NCBI GenBank assembly: GCA_965209035.1
Contig: OZ242372.1
Location: 480,001 to 544,000, forward strand
DNA: 64,000 bases
Direction of reading: 5' to 3'
Origin: Gammaproteobacteria bacterium
Lineage (GTDB): Bacteria > Pseudomonadota > Gammaproteobacteria > CBDBNL01 > JAAOII01
Part shown: piece by piece, positions 37,390-47,554 of the stretch
How the letters are laid out: the number at the start of each line of letters is the position of its first letter
Numbering within the stretch: position 1 is the stretch's first letter
The notes under the pieces: generated by a model
Told to the model about the DNA's origin: nothing
The model's database searches: none
What the model saw: the letters and a program-made list of their open reading frames with translations, nothing else
Position numbers and translations under genes: made by a program

Positions 37390-38844
37390 ATGAAATTTTT
37401 ATTAGAATCTAAGTCAAAAATAAGTAACGAACCGGAATACTACGAATACGGCAGACACGGTATTTCCGCCGAACAGATAAACCCGGTCGCTTTGACGGCG
37501 GTTCGCCGCTTAAAAGGAAAAGGGTATCAGGCTTATGTTGTCGGCGGTTGTTTGCGGGACCTCTTGTCGGGTGTAGATCCCAAGGATTTTGATGTGGTAA
37601 CAGATGCCTTGCCGCAACAAATAAAAGAAGCATTACCCGGCTCTATCATCATTGGGAAAAGATTTCAATTGGTGCATTTTCGTCGCAAAAAAACTATCAT
37701 TGAAATTTCCACTTTTCGGGGCAAACACAAAAGCGTTCTCAAGCGCTTCTTTCTCTTTTTCTTACTCATTCTTGACCGGAGGCGGCAACAGTACATCCGC
37801 CACAATACTTTCGGCACCATGGCCGAAGATGTGCATCGTCGCGACATCACCATTAATGCTCTTTATTATGACCCCGATAAACAAATTATTATTGATCATG
37901 TGGGCGCGATGCAAGACATTCAAAACAACATAGCCCGCATGATCGGCAACACAGAAACAAGATTTGAGGAAGACCCTATGCGAATGATCCGAGTCCTGCG
38001 TTTTGCGGCAAAACTTGATCTGCAATTGGCGCCGGACATTGAGCCCGCCATACGCAAAATGCATCAACATATTGACAAACTACCCAGTGCCCGACTCTTT
38101 GATGAGTACTTAAAACTGTTTTGCACCTCGCACGGACTTAAGAGTTACGAGATGATCAAAAAATTCAATCTCTTCGGTTATTTCTTTGTTCAAACGGAAG
38201 AACCGCTCAGCCCGGTCGATGAAAAAATTATTCTCGCAGCTCTGCAAAACAACGATGAAAGAATAACCAAGCATCTTTTTTACACACCGGCTTTTTTATT
38301 AAGTATTTTTCTTTGGTTTCCTTACCGGGACAATCTGCAAAAACACTTTACCGACAAGAATGAAAAGAAAAAAAACAGATATGGTTATTTTTGTGAAAAA
38401 CACGAACAAACCTGCCGCGAACTTTTTTATGAGCAGAAAAACATCATGCTGGTATTCCATAAGTTTAAGGAGCGAATCAACAATATTTGGGGGATGCAAT
38501 ATAACCTGTTACGGTGTGACGAAGAACATACAAATCGTGTGACGACTAAAAAAGATTTTCCGATCAGTTATGACTTTTTGAAATTATTGGCTGTCGGTTA
38601 TCCGGAAATGGAGGTCGCGGTAAACTTCTGGAAAAAATTTTCCCACCAAAAGAAACAGCAACACAAAAAACAAGAGTTTAACAAAGCACATAGTCCGCTT
38701 GACATTAAAGAGATGAAGGAGATGCCAAAAAAACGGAAAGGGCACTCTTCTCGGCATTCGAGGTATTCCTCGCCTTCCCGACTGGAAGATCCGGCAAAAA
38801 GCAAAGAACAGAACTCATCCGGTCAGCCGGAAGACACTTCTTAA
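37390..38844 (+). CDS. pcnB: Poly(A) polymerase I
   Basis: VGGCLRD, PKDFDV, IIGKRFQLVH PAP signature, RRDITIN, EDPMRMIR; upstream of folK. Confidence 0.9.
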   Translation: MKFLLESKSKISNEPEYYEYGRHGISAEQINPVALTAVRRLKGKGYQAYVVGGCLRDLLSGVDPKDFDVVTDALPQQIKEALPGSIIIGKRFQLVHFRRKKTIIEISTFRGKHKSVLKRFFLFFLLILDRRRQQYIRHNTFGTMAEDVHRRDITINALYYDPDKQIIIDHVGAMQDIQNNIARMIGNTETRFEEDPMRMIRVLRFAAKLDLQLAPDIEPAIRKMHQHIDKLPSARLFDEYLKLFCTSHGLKSYEMIKKFNLFGYFFVQTEEPLSPVDEKIILAALQNNDERITKHLFYTPAFLLSIFLWFPYRDNLQKHFTDKNEKKKNRYGYFCEKHEQTCRELFYEQKNIMLVFHKFKERINNIWGMQYNLLRCDEEHTNRVTTKKDFPISYDFLKLLAVGYPEMEVAVNFWKKFSHQKKQQHKKQEFNKAHSPLDIKEMKEMPKKRKGHSSRHSRYSSPSRLEDPAKSKEQNSSGQPEDTS

Positions 38845-38864
38845 ATTAAACGCCGATCTAAAAG

Positions 38865-39482
38865 ATGCTTAGGCAATGCTGTCTGGGCCTGGGTGCCAAT
38901 CTTGGAAATCCTGTTCGCCAAATTGAAGATGCTGTCCGCGAATTATTTTCTCTGCCGGGGGTAACCGACTGTTGTTGCTCTTCGTTGTATATTTCTCATG
39001 CCATGACCAAAGAGAACGAATGTCAGGCCGACTATGTCAATGCGGTTGTCAAACTGCGGACGGATATGCTGCCGGACGAGTTACTAAAACAAACCCAAAG
39101 AATTGAAATCAAAATAGGACGCAGCAAGAAAAACGGGAAAAACGGGAAAAACGGGAAGAACGGGGAGAGCAAGGTATGGCAACCCAGAGTAATGGACATA
39201 GATATTTTACTTATGGGGGACCTGGAAGTATCCGAACCGAAACTTACCCTGCCACACCCGGGATTATTTGTGCGCCCTTTTGTTCTTTATCCGCTTAATG
39301 AAATATTGCCGAATCTCTCCCTTGGCAACGGCAGCACGGTCAATTCCTGTGCCGTCGCGGTCAAAGACCTGTGGAATACGCGCCGGCTTGAAGATACCCG
39401 ACAAAACAATGTAAAAGAAAGGAAACAACCGGCGGCACTCGGCGACTGCGGCGAAGTTACCGCACTGAACACACTCCAATGA
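38865..39482 (+). CDS. folK: 6-hydroxymethyl-7,8-dihydropterin pyrophosphokinase
   Basis: LGLGANLG, YVNAV, WQPRVMDIDIL, LPHP...R.FVL.PL. Confidence 0.92.
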   Translation: MLRQCCLGLGANLGNPVRQIEDAVRELFSLPGVTDCCCSSLYISHAMTKENECQADYVNAVVKLRTDMLPDELLKQTQRIEIKIGRSKKNGKNGKNGKNGESKVWQPRVMDIDILLMGDLEVSEPKLTLPHPGLFVRPFVLYPLNEILPNLSLGNGSTVNSCAVAVKDLWNTRRLEDTRQNNVKERKQPAALGDCGEVTALNTLQ

Positions 39483-39895
39483 GTTTTGCCAAATATTTGA
39501 AAAAGAGTATCCGATTCGCAGTTCTTCCGCTACTGCTGGTCGGCTGTATCTACCGACTTGAAATCTCTCAAGGAAGTATTCTAAAAAAAGAAGATGTGGA
39601 AAAATTAAGAATCGGGATGAACAAAGCACAAGCGGAGTACATTCTCGGCGGCCCCAGCCTGGACCCGACTTTTGATCCGAACAGGTGGGATTATGTTTAC
39701 AGATTGATAGATCGTAAGAAGCGCATCACCTATAAAAAAGGATATCTCATCTTTGAGGACGACATCTTGACCGAAATTCATATGGAAGCATTCGCCGAAG
39801 ATAGCCCGGAAGAAAACCCCAAAGAAAGCCACAAAGATAGCCCGGAAGATAATCCCGAAGATAAAAAGCCTTTAAGAAAACAAAGAGGCGAGTAA
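39479..39895 (+). CDS. bamE: Outer membrane protein assembly factor BamE
   Basis: Lipobox LVGC, QG..L, GM.K.Q...LG.P, RWDYV. Confidence 0.88.
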   Translation: MSFAKYLKKSIRFAVLPLLLVGCIYRLEISQGSILKKEDVEKLRIGMNKAQAEYILGGPSLDPTFDPNRWDYVYRLIDRKKRITYKKGYLIFEDDILTEIHMEAFAEDSPEENPKESHKDSPEDNPEDKKPLRKQRGE

Positions 39896-39896
39896 G

Positions 39897-40274
39897 TTGA
39901 GTAAGTTAACAACCCAAACTCCCGCCAAGGTACATTCATCCGCCAAGGCGCATTCACCCGCCAAGGTGCGTTTGCCCGCCAAGGTGCGATTAGAAGTTGC
40001 TTTGGCTTTGCCGGAGGAACAACATATCGCCAAGGTTTCTGTCCCGCCCGGAACGAACATTTTGCATGCCATAGAACTTTCAAACATTTTTGAACTGTTT
40101 GATCGGGAAGTGCCGGCGGAACTGCATCGGTTGGAATACGGAGTTGGTATTTCGGGCAAGGAAATCAAACAACCCGCGGAATATATTCCCCAAAACGGCG
40201 AGCGAATAGAAATTTATCGTCCCCTGTTAATAGACCCGAAACAAGCCCGGCTGAACAGAATCCGGAAGAAATAG
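39897..40274 (+). CDS. ratB: RnfH/RatB ubiquitin-like protein
   Basis: VGISGK, RIEIYRPLLIDPKQAR. Confidence 0.85.
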   Translation: MSKLTTQTPAKVHSSAKAHSPAKVRLPAKVRLEVALALPEEQHIAKVSVPPGTNILHAIELSNIFELFDREVPAELHRLEYGVGISGKEIKQPAEYIPQNGERIEIYRPLLIDPKQARLNRIRKK

Positions 40275-40296
40275 TCTTCGTTACAGAGGTTCTTCT

Positions 40297-40761
40297 ATGG
40301 CAAAAAAAAAGACTTCGCCGAACAGCATCTGTGAAAACAGGCGCGCCCGGCATGATTATGAAATCCTTGAAAAATTTGAAGCGGGTATGATGCTGCAAGG
40401 CTGGGAAGTCAAGTCGCTGCGCGAAGGCAAGGCCCAGATTATCAATTCTTATATTCGCTTTCTGGGAGACGAGTTGTTTTTAGTCGGCGCACACATTCAA
40501 CCGCCCGACCATATCTCGGCACAGACAGATTACGACGAGGGACGCAGTCGCAAACTATTGATGCAACGCAAAGAGATCAACAAAATTAAAGGCTCTCTGC
40601 AAACCAAAGGGCTTGCATGTGTCCCGCTAAGATTGAAATGGAAAAAGCAGTTTGTCAAATGCGATATCGCACTGGGGCGCGGGAAAAAACTGCACGACAA
40701 ACGTGCCGCCATCAAAGAACGCGATATTCAAAGAAGTTTGCGAAAAAAAGAGGATTACTAA
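40297..40761 (+). CDS. smpB: SsrA-binding protein
   Basis: NRRARHDY, EAG..LQGWEVKSLR, RSRKLL, GKKLHDKR. Confidence 0.96.
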   Translation: MAKKKTSPNSICENRRARHDYEILEKFEAGMMLQGWEVKSLREGKAQIINSYIRFLGDELFLVGAHIQPPDHISAQTDYDEGRSRKLLMQRKEINKIKGSLQTKGLACVPLRLKWKKQFVKCDIALGRGKKLHDKRAAIKERDIQRSLRKKEDY

Positions 40762-41049
40762 TACCGGTTACCGGGCTGAAATACAAAAATATTTTTGTAA
40801 GGTGTTTGATTGATAAGATTTGATTGATAAGAAAAAATCCCTATAATAATAAGTGATATGGCGAAGAGAAGTAAAAAACCGTTCTCCCTGTTGATGGTTT
40901 TTGTCGGTCCGATTGGAACCGGAAACGAGGGATTTTTTAATGCCGGTGATTTTTGTCCTTTTTGTTCTTTTTGTCCTTTTTGTAATGCCTTTTTCCGGCA
41001 ATTTTTGGCTGAGAGCAAAATTTTACCCTCCAAACCGGAAGAACGAATT

Positions 41050-41395
41050 GGGGGCGTCAGGTTTCGACGTCCTATGGAAGCTTGTAATAGCATGCCGAGT
41101 TGCGGAAACTCGTAAAACTTTCGCAGCCATTAGTAACCGGCGAAGAAAATAGTTACGCTCTGGCTGCTTAACGCAGCCTCTCTGTGAATTGCCCGTCCCG
41201 GGACGCGATTTACAGAGTCGGAAACCCGGGATAGTCAGATCTTCTTTCTTGCGGAAGGTCGGGCGAAACTCTTGCAAGACATTTGCCGGCACAAATGTGC
41301 CGTTTCATTAACCGGCAAATAGTAAGAAGCGGCTATGTATGTAGAAGTTACCGGCAGATATTTGACGGACGCGGGTTCAATTCCCGCCGCCTCCA
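41050..41395 (+). ncRNA. ssrA: tmRNA; tag (A)GEENSYALAA at 41139-41171
   Basis: 5' GGGGGCG..TTCGAC and 3' GGGTTCAATTCCCGCCGCCTCCA with G3:U pair; tag ends YALAA*; downstream of smpB. Confidence 0.95.
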
Positions 41396-41478
41396 TTTTT
41401 GGATTTTTTAATCTTCCGCAACAGACTGCGGATGACATCAAGAACATTACAAACCAATGGTTACTAATTAATAAAAGA

Positions 41479-43089
41479 ATGACAACAGAACTACAACAAC
41501 ATAAAAAACAGATTAAGGGACTTGATATGCGACAAGAGTTTGTCAATAACCCGCACAGGTTTGCCGATTTTTCGGCATCCGCGTGCGGTATCTTGCTGGA
41601 CTATTCCAAGAATCTGATCACACCGGAAACAATGCGTCTCTTAATGGCACGGGCAAAAAACCTCAAAGTGACACAGCAACTACGCCGCCAAGCCCGCGGT
41701 GAACATTTGAATTACACGGAAAAGCGTGCCGTCACCCACACTCTGTTGCGCGCCGAACCGGAAGATCCGGAAGCCGGGGCAAACGACACCGTGTCCGCGT
41801 TATGCCGGGAATCTAAAGAAACTCGGTTAAAAATATATGCCCTGCGAGAAGAACTAACCGGCAAGAGGCTGCGCGGTTTTTCCGACAAGATACTGACAAA
41901 CCTGGTGAACATCGGCATAGGCGGTTCGGATTTGGGACCCTATATGGTGTGTAACGCGCTGCCGGCGGCAGCGGGCGCACCGAAAGTGCATTTTCTTGCA
42001 TCACCGGACGGTCTCGGCGAAATCCTTGCCGAAACAGACCCGGCAACCACTTTGTTTGTTGTCTCTTCAAAATCTTTCGGCACCGGCGAGACTCTCGCAA
42101 ATGTTCGGGCTCTAAAAAGTATTTACGCAGGACTGGGGGCGGGAGAAAAATTCTCGCGCCATCTGTGTGCGGTGACCTCCGCGCAGGACAAGGCTATCGC
42201 GATGGGGGTGCCGCGCGAACGCATTTTTCGCATACCCGTTTCTGTCGGCGGGAGGTTCTCGCTGTGGTCGGCAATTGGCTTGCCGATCATCATGCATCTG
42301 GGGCGAGACGGATTTGAAGAACTTCTCAAAGGCGGCAGAGATATGGATCGACACGCGTTGGATACAAAAGAAGAAAACAATTTACCCCTGATCATGGCAC
42401 TCTTGTCTTATTGGTATGGCGTTCATCTCCGTGCCGATACGCACTGCGTGAATGTTTATGAGCATTCGCTGCGGTTGTTTCCGCAATTCTTACAGCAACT
42501 TGTCATGGAAAGTTGCGGTAAAACGGCGACTGCGAGCGGAGAAAGGGTCGCGGTAGGCGGGCACATTCTCTGGGGCGGCGAAGGTCCCAATGTGCAGCAT
42601 TCTTATATGCAATTATGTCATCAAGGGCATCTCCTGATTCCCACCGACATCCTGTTCGGCGGGAAACCGATGCATCCCGAAGAGCCGGATGCCGCCGAAC
42701 GCCACGCCCTCTTGGTAACCAACGCGCTGGCACAGGCGCAGGCATTGCTACTCGGACGGGACAAAGAAGAACTTGCCGAAGCAGCAAGAAAAGCCGGTAT
42801 TGAAGAGCAATTAATTTCTCACCTCGCCATACCGGGCAACCGACCAAGTAATTGCTTGATTTACGAACGCCTGAATGCTCGCTCGCTGGGCAGCCTCATC
42901 AGTTTGTACGAACACAAAACAACTTTCTTTGGGTATCTGACCGGCATCAATCCGTTTGACCAATGGGGTGTGGAATTGGGTAAGCAACTCGGCAGCAGTC
43001 TCGCTTCCGTATTTAACGGTGAAACTGCCGTGCCGGAAAATTGGGATTCTTCCACCGTCGGGCTTCTGAACTTTCTAAAGCGCCTTTAA
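41479..43089 (+). CDS. pgi: Glucose-6-phosphate isomerase
   Basis: DYSKN, GIGGSDLGP, SKSF.T.ET, VGGRFSLWS, QQL.MES.GK, FDQWGVELGK; ORF-track start at 41335 is inside ssrA. Confidence 0.95.
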   Translation: MTTELQQHKKQIKGLDMRQEFVNNPHRFADFSASACGILLDYSKNLITPETMRLLMARAKNLKVTQQLRRQARGEHLNYTEKRAVTHTLLRAEPEDPEAGANDTVSALCRESKETRLKIYALREELTGKRLRGFSDKILTNLVNIGIGGSDLGPYMVCNALPAAAGAPKVHFLASPDGLGEILAETDPATTLFVVSSKSFGTGETLANVRALKSIYAGLGAGEKFSRHLCAVTSAQDKAIAMGVPRERIFRIPVSVGGRFSLWSAIGLPIIMHLGRDGFEELLKGGRDMDRHALDTKEENNLPLIMALLSYWYGVHLRADTHCVNVYEHSLRLFPQFLQQLVMESCGKTATASGERVAVGGHILWGGEGPNVQHSYMQLCHQGHLLIPTDILFGGKPMHPEEPDAAERHALLVTNALAQAQALLLGRDKEELAEAARKAGIEEQLISHLAIPGNRPSNCLIYERLNARSLGSLISLYEHKTTFFGYLTGINPFDQWGVELGKQLGSSLASVFNGETAVPENWDSSTVGLLNFLKRL

Positions 43090-43215
43090 ACAAAGCACCT
43101 TTAAAGCAACCTTTTAAAGCACCTTAAAATACTTCGGTAAAAAATAAGCCCGGTGTTGGGGCTGTCTTGTCTCGTCTCAACCGGGGCGGACAGCATGCGG
43201 GGATCTCCCCGCTTT

Positions 43216-43545
43216 TTAGCGAATCAGTTTGTCTTCTTTTTCCGCCGCCGATACATTAGCCCACTTGTCCGCATCCGCGGGCGGATCCTTGACTTCGGTA
43301 ATCGGCTCCCAACCTTTGGAAAGTTCGGCATTCAAAGCGGTATAGTGTTGTTGATCTGCCGGGACTTCTTCTTCCGGGAAAATGGCTTCCACCGGACATT
43401 CGGACACGCACAGATGGCAATCCACGCACAACTCGGGGTCTATTGCCAGAAAGTTCTCCCCTTCCACAAAACAATCCACCGGGCAAACTGCCACACAATC
43501 CGTGTACTTGCAATTGATGCAAGCACCTGTTACCACATAAGTCAT
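43216..43545 (-). CDS. fdxA: FdxA-type ferredoxin
   Basis: [18 protein letters not shown] and [12 protein letters not shown]. Confidence 0.92.
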   Translation of the reverse strand: MTYVVTGACINCKYTDCVAVCPVDCFVEGENFLAIDPELCVDCHLCVSECPVEAIFPEEEVPADQQHYTALNAELSKGWEPITEVKDPPADADKWANVSAAEKEDKLIR

Positions 43546-43862
43546 TCGGTTCCTATTTTCGTTTTTATTTTCATTTTCTTTGCCCTCTTTGTTTTAGTTA
43601 TCTTACGAGCCTCTGCGATGCTCTTATTGTCCGCCAGTGTATTATTGTATATGAGTTCAGTTTTTCGCTTTAATTCCGGTAATATATCTATCCTTGCTTC
43701 AAGTTTATTTAATGTATGAGTAGTATCGGATGCCTTTTCTTCATGTTTACCTAACCATTTGGCAAACTTAAAAAGACAATAACAAAACAGAACAAGTATA
43801 AGGATTAATACAAAAACAGACGGGTTCAGTTGTTCTATTAGAGCAATAATAATCTCAGTCAT
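43542..43862 (-). CDS. Hypothetical single-pass membrane protein
   Basis: AT-rich ORF, N-terminal hydrophobic helix, GAGGGG upstream, stop overlaps the fdxA start. Confidence 0.55.
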   Translation of the reverse strand: MTEIIIALIEQLNPSVFVLILILVLFCYCLFKFAKWLGKHEEKASDTTHTLNKLEARIDILPELKRKTELIYNNTLADNKSIAEARKITKTKRAKKMKIKTKIGTE

Positions 43863-44090
43863 ATCTATCCCCTCTCCGCCAATCCTACCGGCCTACCCGC
43901 ATTTACAGGGGCAGTCATATTCTTATTTATTTTCATTTTTTCCGCCATATGTTATGTATGTTATGTTGTTACGAACAATAAAATTGTATCACAAATGAGG
44001 CTCACTTTTTTATTCGGGGAATATTGTTCGCAATGCTCTTAAATGATTAGAGCGGGCAAAAAGCACCCCGGACCTGATAGACGGAGAATA

Positions 44091-45701
44091 TTACAAAGGG
44101 CAATCATAGTGCTCAATCCTTTCCAGTATGTCCGCAAGAGGGATCAATCGCGTGCGGCCGTTGCTGTCGTATGTGACATTTCCCGCAGCATCTCTTTCCA
44201 GCAGAACTCTAAGGTCCGCCACCCCCAACCCCTGCAGGCGGAAGTCCTCAACCGGGGATTCTGACCGCACTGTCGCCGACTTGAACAGAGCGGATAATTG
44301 CCTGCCGGTGAGTTCAACACCATAGACATCCTTAACCGCCATCCAGAGAACGACCAGAGATGCGAATACATTTGGTGTGGCAAAGGAAGTTCCTCTGATC
44401 GTCTCTTTGCGCTCGGTTCCCGGCACCGAATACAAATATCTGTGACTGCCATGCACTCTAAAACAGGCCGCACCCAAACTCCCCGCTTGCCTTTCACTAA
44501 AATCGTAATCGGCAAACCTCAAGCGCGGTTCTGTGTCAACAATCGCCTCAACCTTGTCCGGGATTTCCTCAAAATTAAACCCGCCGACAAATATCAGAGT
44601 ATCGTTTCCCGCCCGTTTTACCGCACTGCGGTAGTTTGCCACATCCGCCGCATAATTCGCTTCAATATCGTCGGTGAGGTATTTTGTTACATTAAGAATC
44701 GTTACATGACAAGAGGTCTGCAAAGAGCTGTTTATCAAAACAAAAGAAAAGGGATTGCGGCAAGAAGGATCATTTCCCGTGCCTCTAACAACCAACAGAT
44801 CATTCAAAGGTCCCCCTTCGGCAAGAGCGGAATGGTTGAAGCCGCTTTCCGTAAAAGACAAACTAACACCTATCAGCGATTGATTAACCCTCTTTTGAAT
44901 ATCGGTTAGGGTATCAAAGGTCAAATAAGATGCGGCCTGCTTTTGCTCTTTATCACGATAAGCATAGGATACCCCGAAGTTGGCAGCCGTAAATAGTTTA
45001 ATGCCACTGTCAAGGAATGTGGCAAAGACCTTGCGGGCATGGGCATCCGCTTCATCCAAACAGTTGCTGTTGTTATCACACGGCTCAAGAACAACGAAGC
45101 GCGCAAGATCGGAGTGATTAAACTCACCTCGGATAGATGAATGCGCCAGTTCTTCCACACCATACATCGCATAAACGGTATTTTGTAAATCTTGCAACGG
45201 CGAAAGAGGATAATAAACAGTTTGTGTTGAGTTTTCCAAAGAATGTGTACCAAATCGGTTGGTATATGAAGCGATCACTCTTAAGGTTCTATTAAAAACC
45301 TCCTCGCCCGCAATGTATTCACACACATTTTGGGCAACTGTTGCGTTGCCAACAAACCACATGCAAGAGAGGTCTTCGGTGCCGTTCGCATCTCTGATTG
45401 TGGCGGTAATCCTGTCGCCTATTTCCGGGTTTGTATCGGAAAGAGAAAGCCTCCCCGTTGTATTTGCGGGAGCATTGGGGCCAGGCATAGACGCATTATT
45501 GGGGTTGGGAACTTTCGGTGTTGTAACAGGTTCTTTGGATTCGCCACCACAGGATGCCAGCATGAGGATACAAAATACCGGAATGCTGATGGCGATTAAA
45601 CTTCTCACAACTCTCACAACTCTCACAACTCTCACAATCCAAGGACAGGATCGGGTCGGGGAACTCGCCTTGCCGGCATTAAACAAAACATACTCTCGCA
45701 A
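44091..45701 (-). CDS. Lipoprotein with Ig-like region and divergent subtilisin-like (S8) domain
   Basis: Lipobox LASC+GG; GTSFATP Ser motif, GTGND oxyanion-like motif, AHARKV His-like motif. Confidence 0.6.
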   Translation of the reverse strand: MREYVLFNAGKASSPTRSCPWIVRVVRVVRVVRSLIAISIPVFCILMLASCGGESKEPVTTPKVPNPNNASMPGPNAPANTTGRLSLSDTNPEIGDRITATIRDANGTEDLSCMWFVGNATVAQNVCEYIAGEEVFNRTLRVIASYTNRFGTHSLENSTQTVYYPLSPLQDLQNTVYAMYGVEELAHSSIRGEFNHSDLARFVVLEPCDNNSNCLDEADAHARKVFATFLDSGIKLFTAANFGVSYAYRDKEQKQAASYLTFDTLTDIQKRVNQSLIGVSLSFTESGFNHSALAEGGPLNDLLVVRGTGNDPSCRNPFSFVLINSSLQTSCHVTILNVTKYLTDDIEANYAADVANYRSAVKRAGNDTLIFVGGFNFEEIPDKVEAIVDTEPRLRFADYDFSERQAGSLGAACFRVHGSHRYLYSVPGTERKETIRGTSFATPNVFASLVVLWMAVKDVYGVELTGRQLSALFKSATVRSESPVEDFRLQGLGVADLRVLLERDAAGNVTYDSNGRTRLIPLADILERIEHYDCPL

Positions 45702-45718
45702 ACATACTCTCGAAATAA

Positions 45719-45792
<74 letters not shown>

Positions 45793-45903
45793 GTCACATC
45801 CATTCAACATAATCATAAAATCGACAAGTACATGACTGCAAAAAGACAAAAACACACCAAAACATACAAAAACATCGGGTATTTCGTGTGTTTTCTTTTC
45901 ATT

Positions 45904-45969
45904 ATATGAGAGATTAACCGGAATGCCCGGTCTCACCAAATGCTTTGCCGGGATTGTAAGAAATACCCG
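45904..45969 (+). repeat. 66-bp direct repeat, copy 1
   Basis: Matches 50409-50474 at 64/66 positions. Confidence 0.92.
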
Positions 45970-46243
45970 TTTTGTTCAATAGCCGGCACTAAGGGCAAGG
46001 CACGGGATTGCAGGGTATAAAAACTGCCCGCAAACCCTTGTAAAATCAAGGTTTTTTAAAAAGTTTCCGAAGTCAGGTTAGAAGTCAGGTTATATGACAA
46101 TACAGTACATATGCGATATATATGATGTATTAGAATGAGACGCCTTCGGATCGCAAGAGCGACTTCCCCGGCAAGACGACTATTATCTTGACTTCGGCAG
46201 ATTCTTTTGTTTGTTTGCCTTGCACTGCATTATTTTGGAAATT

Positions 46244-46378
46244 ATGCATGATCTCATAAAGGTTCTGGACTCTGAGTTTGGCATTGTGCGTCCTCAGATC
46301 AAGCAGCCGGAGGTTCTGTCGGACGGGTCGAAAATAGATCCGGCAACGGGTCTCCGGTATGTGGAGCTAGATGAATGA
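46244..46378 (+). CDS. Putative 44-aa ORF in the IS leader (MHDLIKVLDSEFGIVRPQ...LRYVELDE)
   Basis: Open frame whose stop overlaps the next ATG (ATGA); first base comes from the flank. Confidence 0.25.
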   Translation: MHDLIKVLDSEFGIVRPQIKQPEVLSDGSKIDPATGLRYVELDE

Positions 46379-47548
46379 AACGGGCAAGAAAGATGGATAG
46401 CTGTTTTGCTCTCACCGCCGCAGACAGCGGAGGCTTGTTGTTGATAAAACTGTCTAGGTGTATCCGCTGGCAAGACGGTACGGTGTGCGAGAGCGGCTGC
46501 ACCGCGGAGGTGATTTGAAATGAGAGGAACACGTTTACGCTACATTGGTTATCGCGTGCGCGGTTTCAATAAAATGGTGGTTTTAGCAAACAAATATTCA
46601 AACATGTCTAAAACCACCAAAATCAAACTGGACACCTTAGCGTTCGCGCGCAAACATGGTGTCGCGGCGGCGCTGGATCATGCCGGGATCAGTCGTGCTA
46701 CATTCTACGAGTGGCAGCGGCGTTTCCGTGAAGGCGGGGTCGATGAACTGGCGAACAACTATGGGTATCAGCCCAAGCGGTCCAACACCTGGCCACCGGC
46801 ACTGATTACCAAGATCCGATCTTGGCGACAAGAGCGTCCGAACATCGGTGCCGGTAAACTGGTCTGCTTGTTACCCGAATGGTGTCAGCAGCGCGGGCTG
46901 CCGCTGCCCAGCCAATCAACGCTCTCTCGCATCATTGCCGATGACCCGGATAAGATGCGGTGCAAACCATCGCGGTCCGTGCCGAAACGCCCGCGGCAAG
47001 GTGCTCCGCGCGAGCGCAAGGACATCCGCTTTGTTGCGGGCCGGAGAGGTGAATGTGTTGCCTTTGATACGCTCGTCCGCATCGTCGATGGCCGGCGCTT
47101 TTATTGGCATGTCGGCATTGATCTATTTTCCCGCATCGCGCTAGTCCATGTCGATACCTCGGCTGCTTCGGCCAGTTCCGCCCGGCTCTTTACCGCCATG
47201 CAAAACATACTCGGCACTCGGATCGAAAAAGTCCTCACCGATAATGGCAGTGAGTTCGCCAAAGACTTTCACCGGGTCGTGACCGCAAACGGCAGCACCC
47301 ACTGGTATACTTATCCAAGGAAACCGCAAATGAATGCACACTGCGAACGGTTTAATCGCACTCTCTGGGAAGAGTTCGGTTGTCATATGCGGCATCTCTT
47401 GGTTAAGGATATGCCGGCATTCAACGCCAAACTCATCGAGTGGTTGGCTTGGTATAATCTTGAACGTCCCCATTATGCTCTCAAACAACTCTCGCCAATC
47501 CAGTTTTTGCAAAAACAACAAAAGTCCAGAAATGGGTGGGATCATACA
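46245..47548 (+). mobile_element. IS481-family insertion sequence, 1304 bp, 5-bp TSD AATTA
   Basis: IRL tgcatgatctcataaaggttctggact vs reverse-complemented IRR tgtatgatcccacccatttctggact; aatta at 46240-46244 and 47549-47553. Confidence 0.85.
46375..46518 (+). CDS. Putative 47-aa ORF in the IS leader (MKRARKMDSCF...ESGCTAEVI)
   Basis: GGAG 8 nt upstream; stop lies 1 nt before the transposase ATG. Confidence 0.3.
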   Translation: MKRARKMDSCFALTAADSGGLLLIKLSRCIRWQDGTVCESGCTAEVI

Positions 47549-47554
47549 AATTAA
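46520..47554 (+). CDS. IS481-family DDE transposase
   Basis: HTH ISRATFYEW; AFDT, TDNGSEF, PQMNAHCERFNRT, YNLERPH; GGAGGTG RBS; stop supplied by flanking DNA. Confidence 0.92.
   Translation: MRGTRLRYIGYRVRGFNKMVVLANKYSNMSKTTKIKLDTLAFARKHGVAAALDHAGISRATFYEWQRRFREGGVDELANNYGYQPKRSNTWPPALITKIRSWRQERPNIGAGKLVCLLPEWCQQRGLPLPSQSTLSRIIADDPDKMRCKPSRSVPKRPRQGAPRERKDIRFVAGRRGECVAFDTLVRIVDGRRFYWHVGIDLFSRIALVHVDTSAASASSARLFTAMQNILGTRIEKVLTDNGSEFAKDFHRVVTANGSTHWYTYPRKPQMNAHCERFNRTLWEEFGCHMRHLLVKDMPAFNAKLIEWLAWYNLERPHYALKQLSPIQFLQKQQKSRNGWDHTN

Noticed and set aside
41395-41479. Island integrated at the ssrA 3' end (or tRNA-Ser 3' end)
   Set aside because: Core genes pgi and orn follow directly; no integrase or duplicated 3' end seen
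45802-45830. XerD-arm-like ttatgttgaat on the minus strand
   Set aside because: No XerC arm; better explained as the tRNA-Ile promoter region
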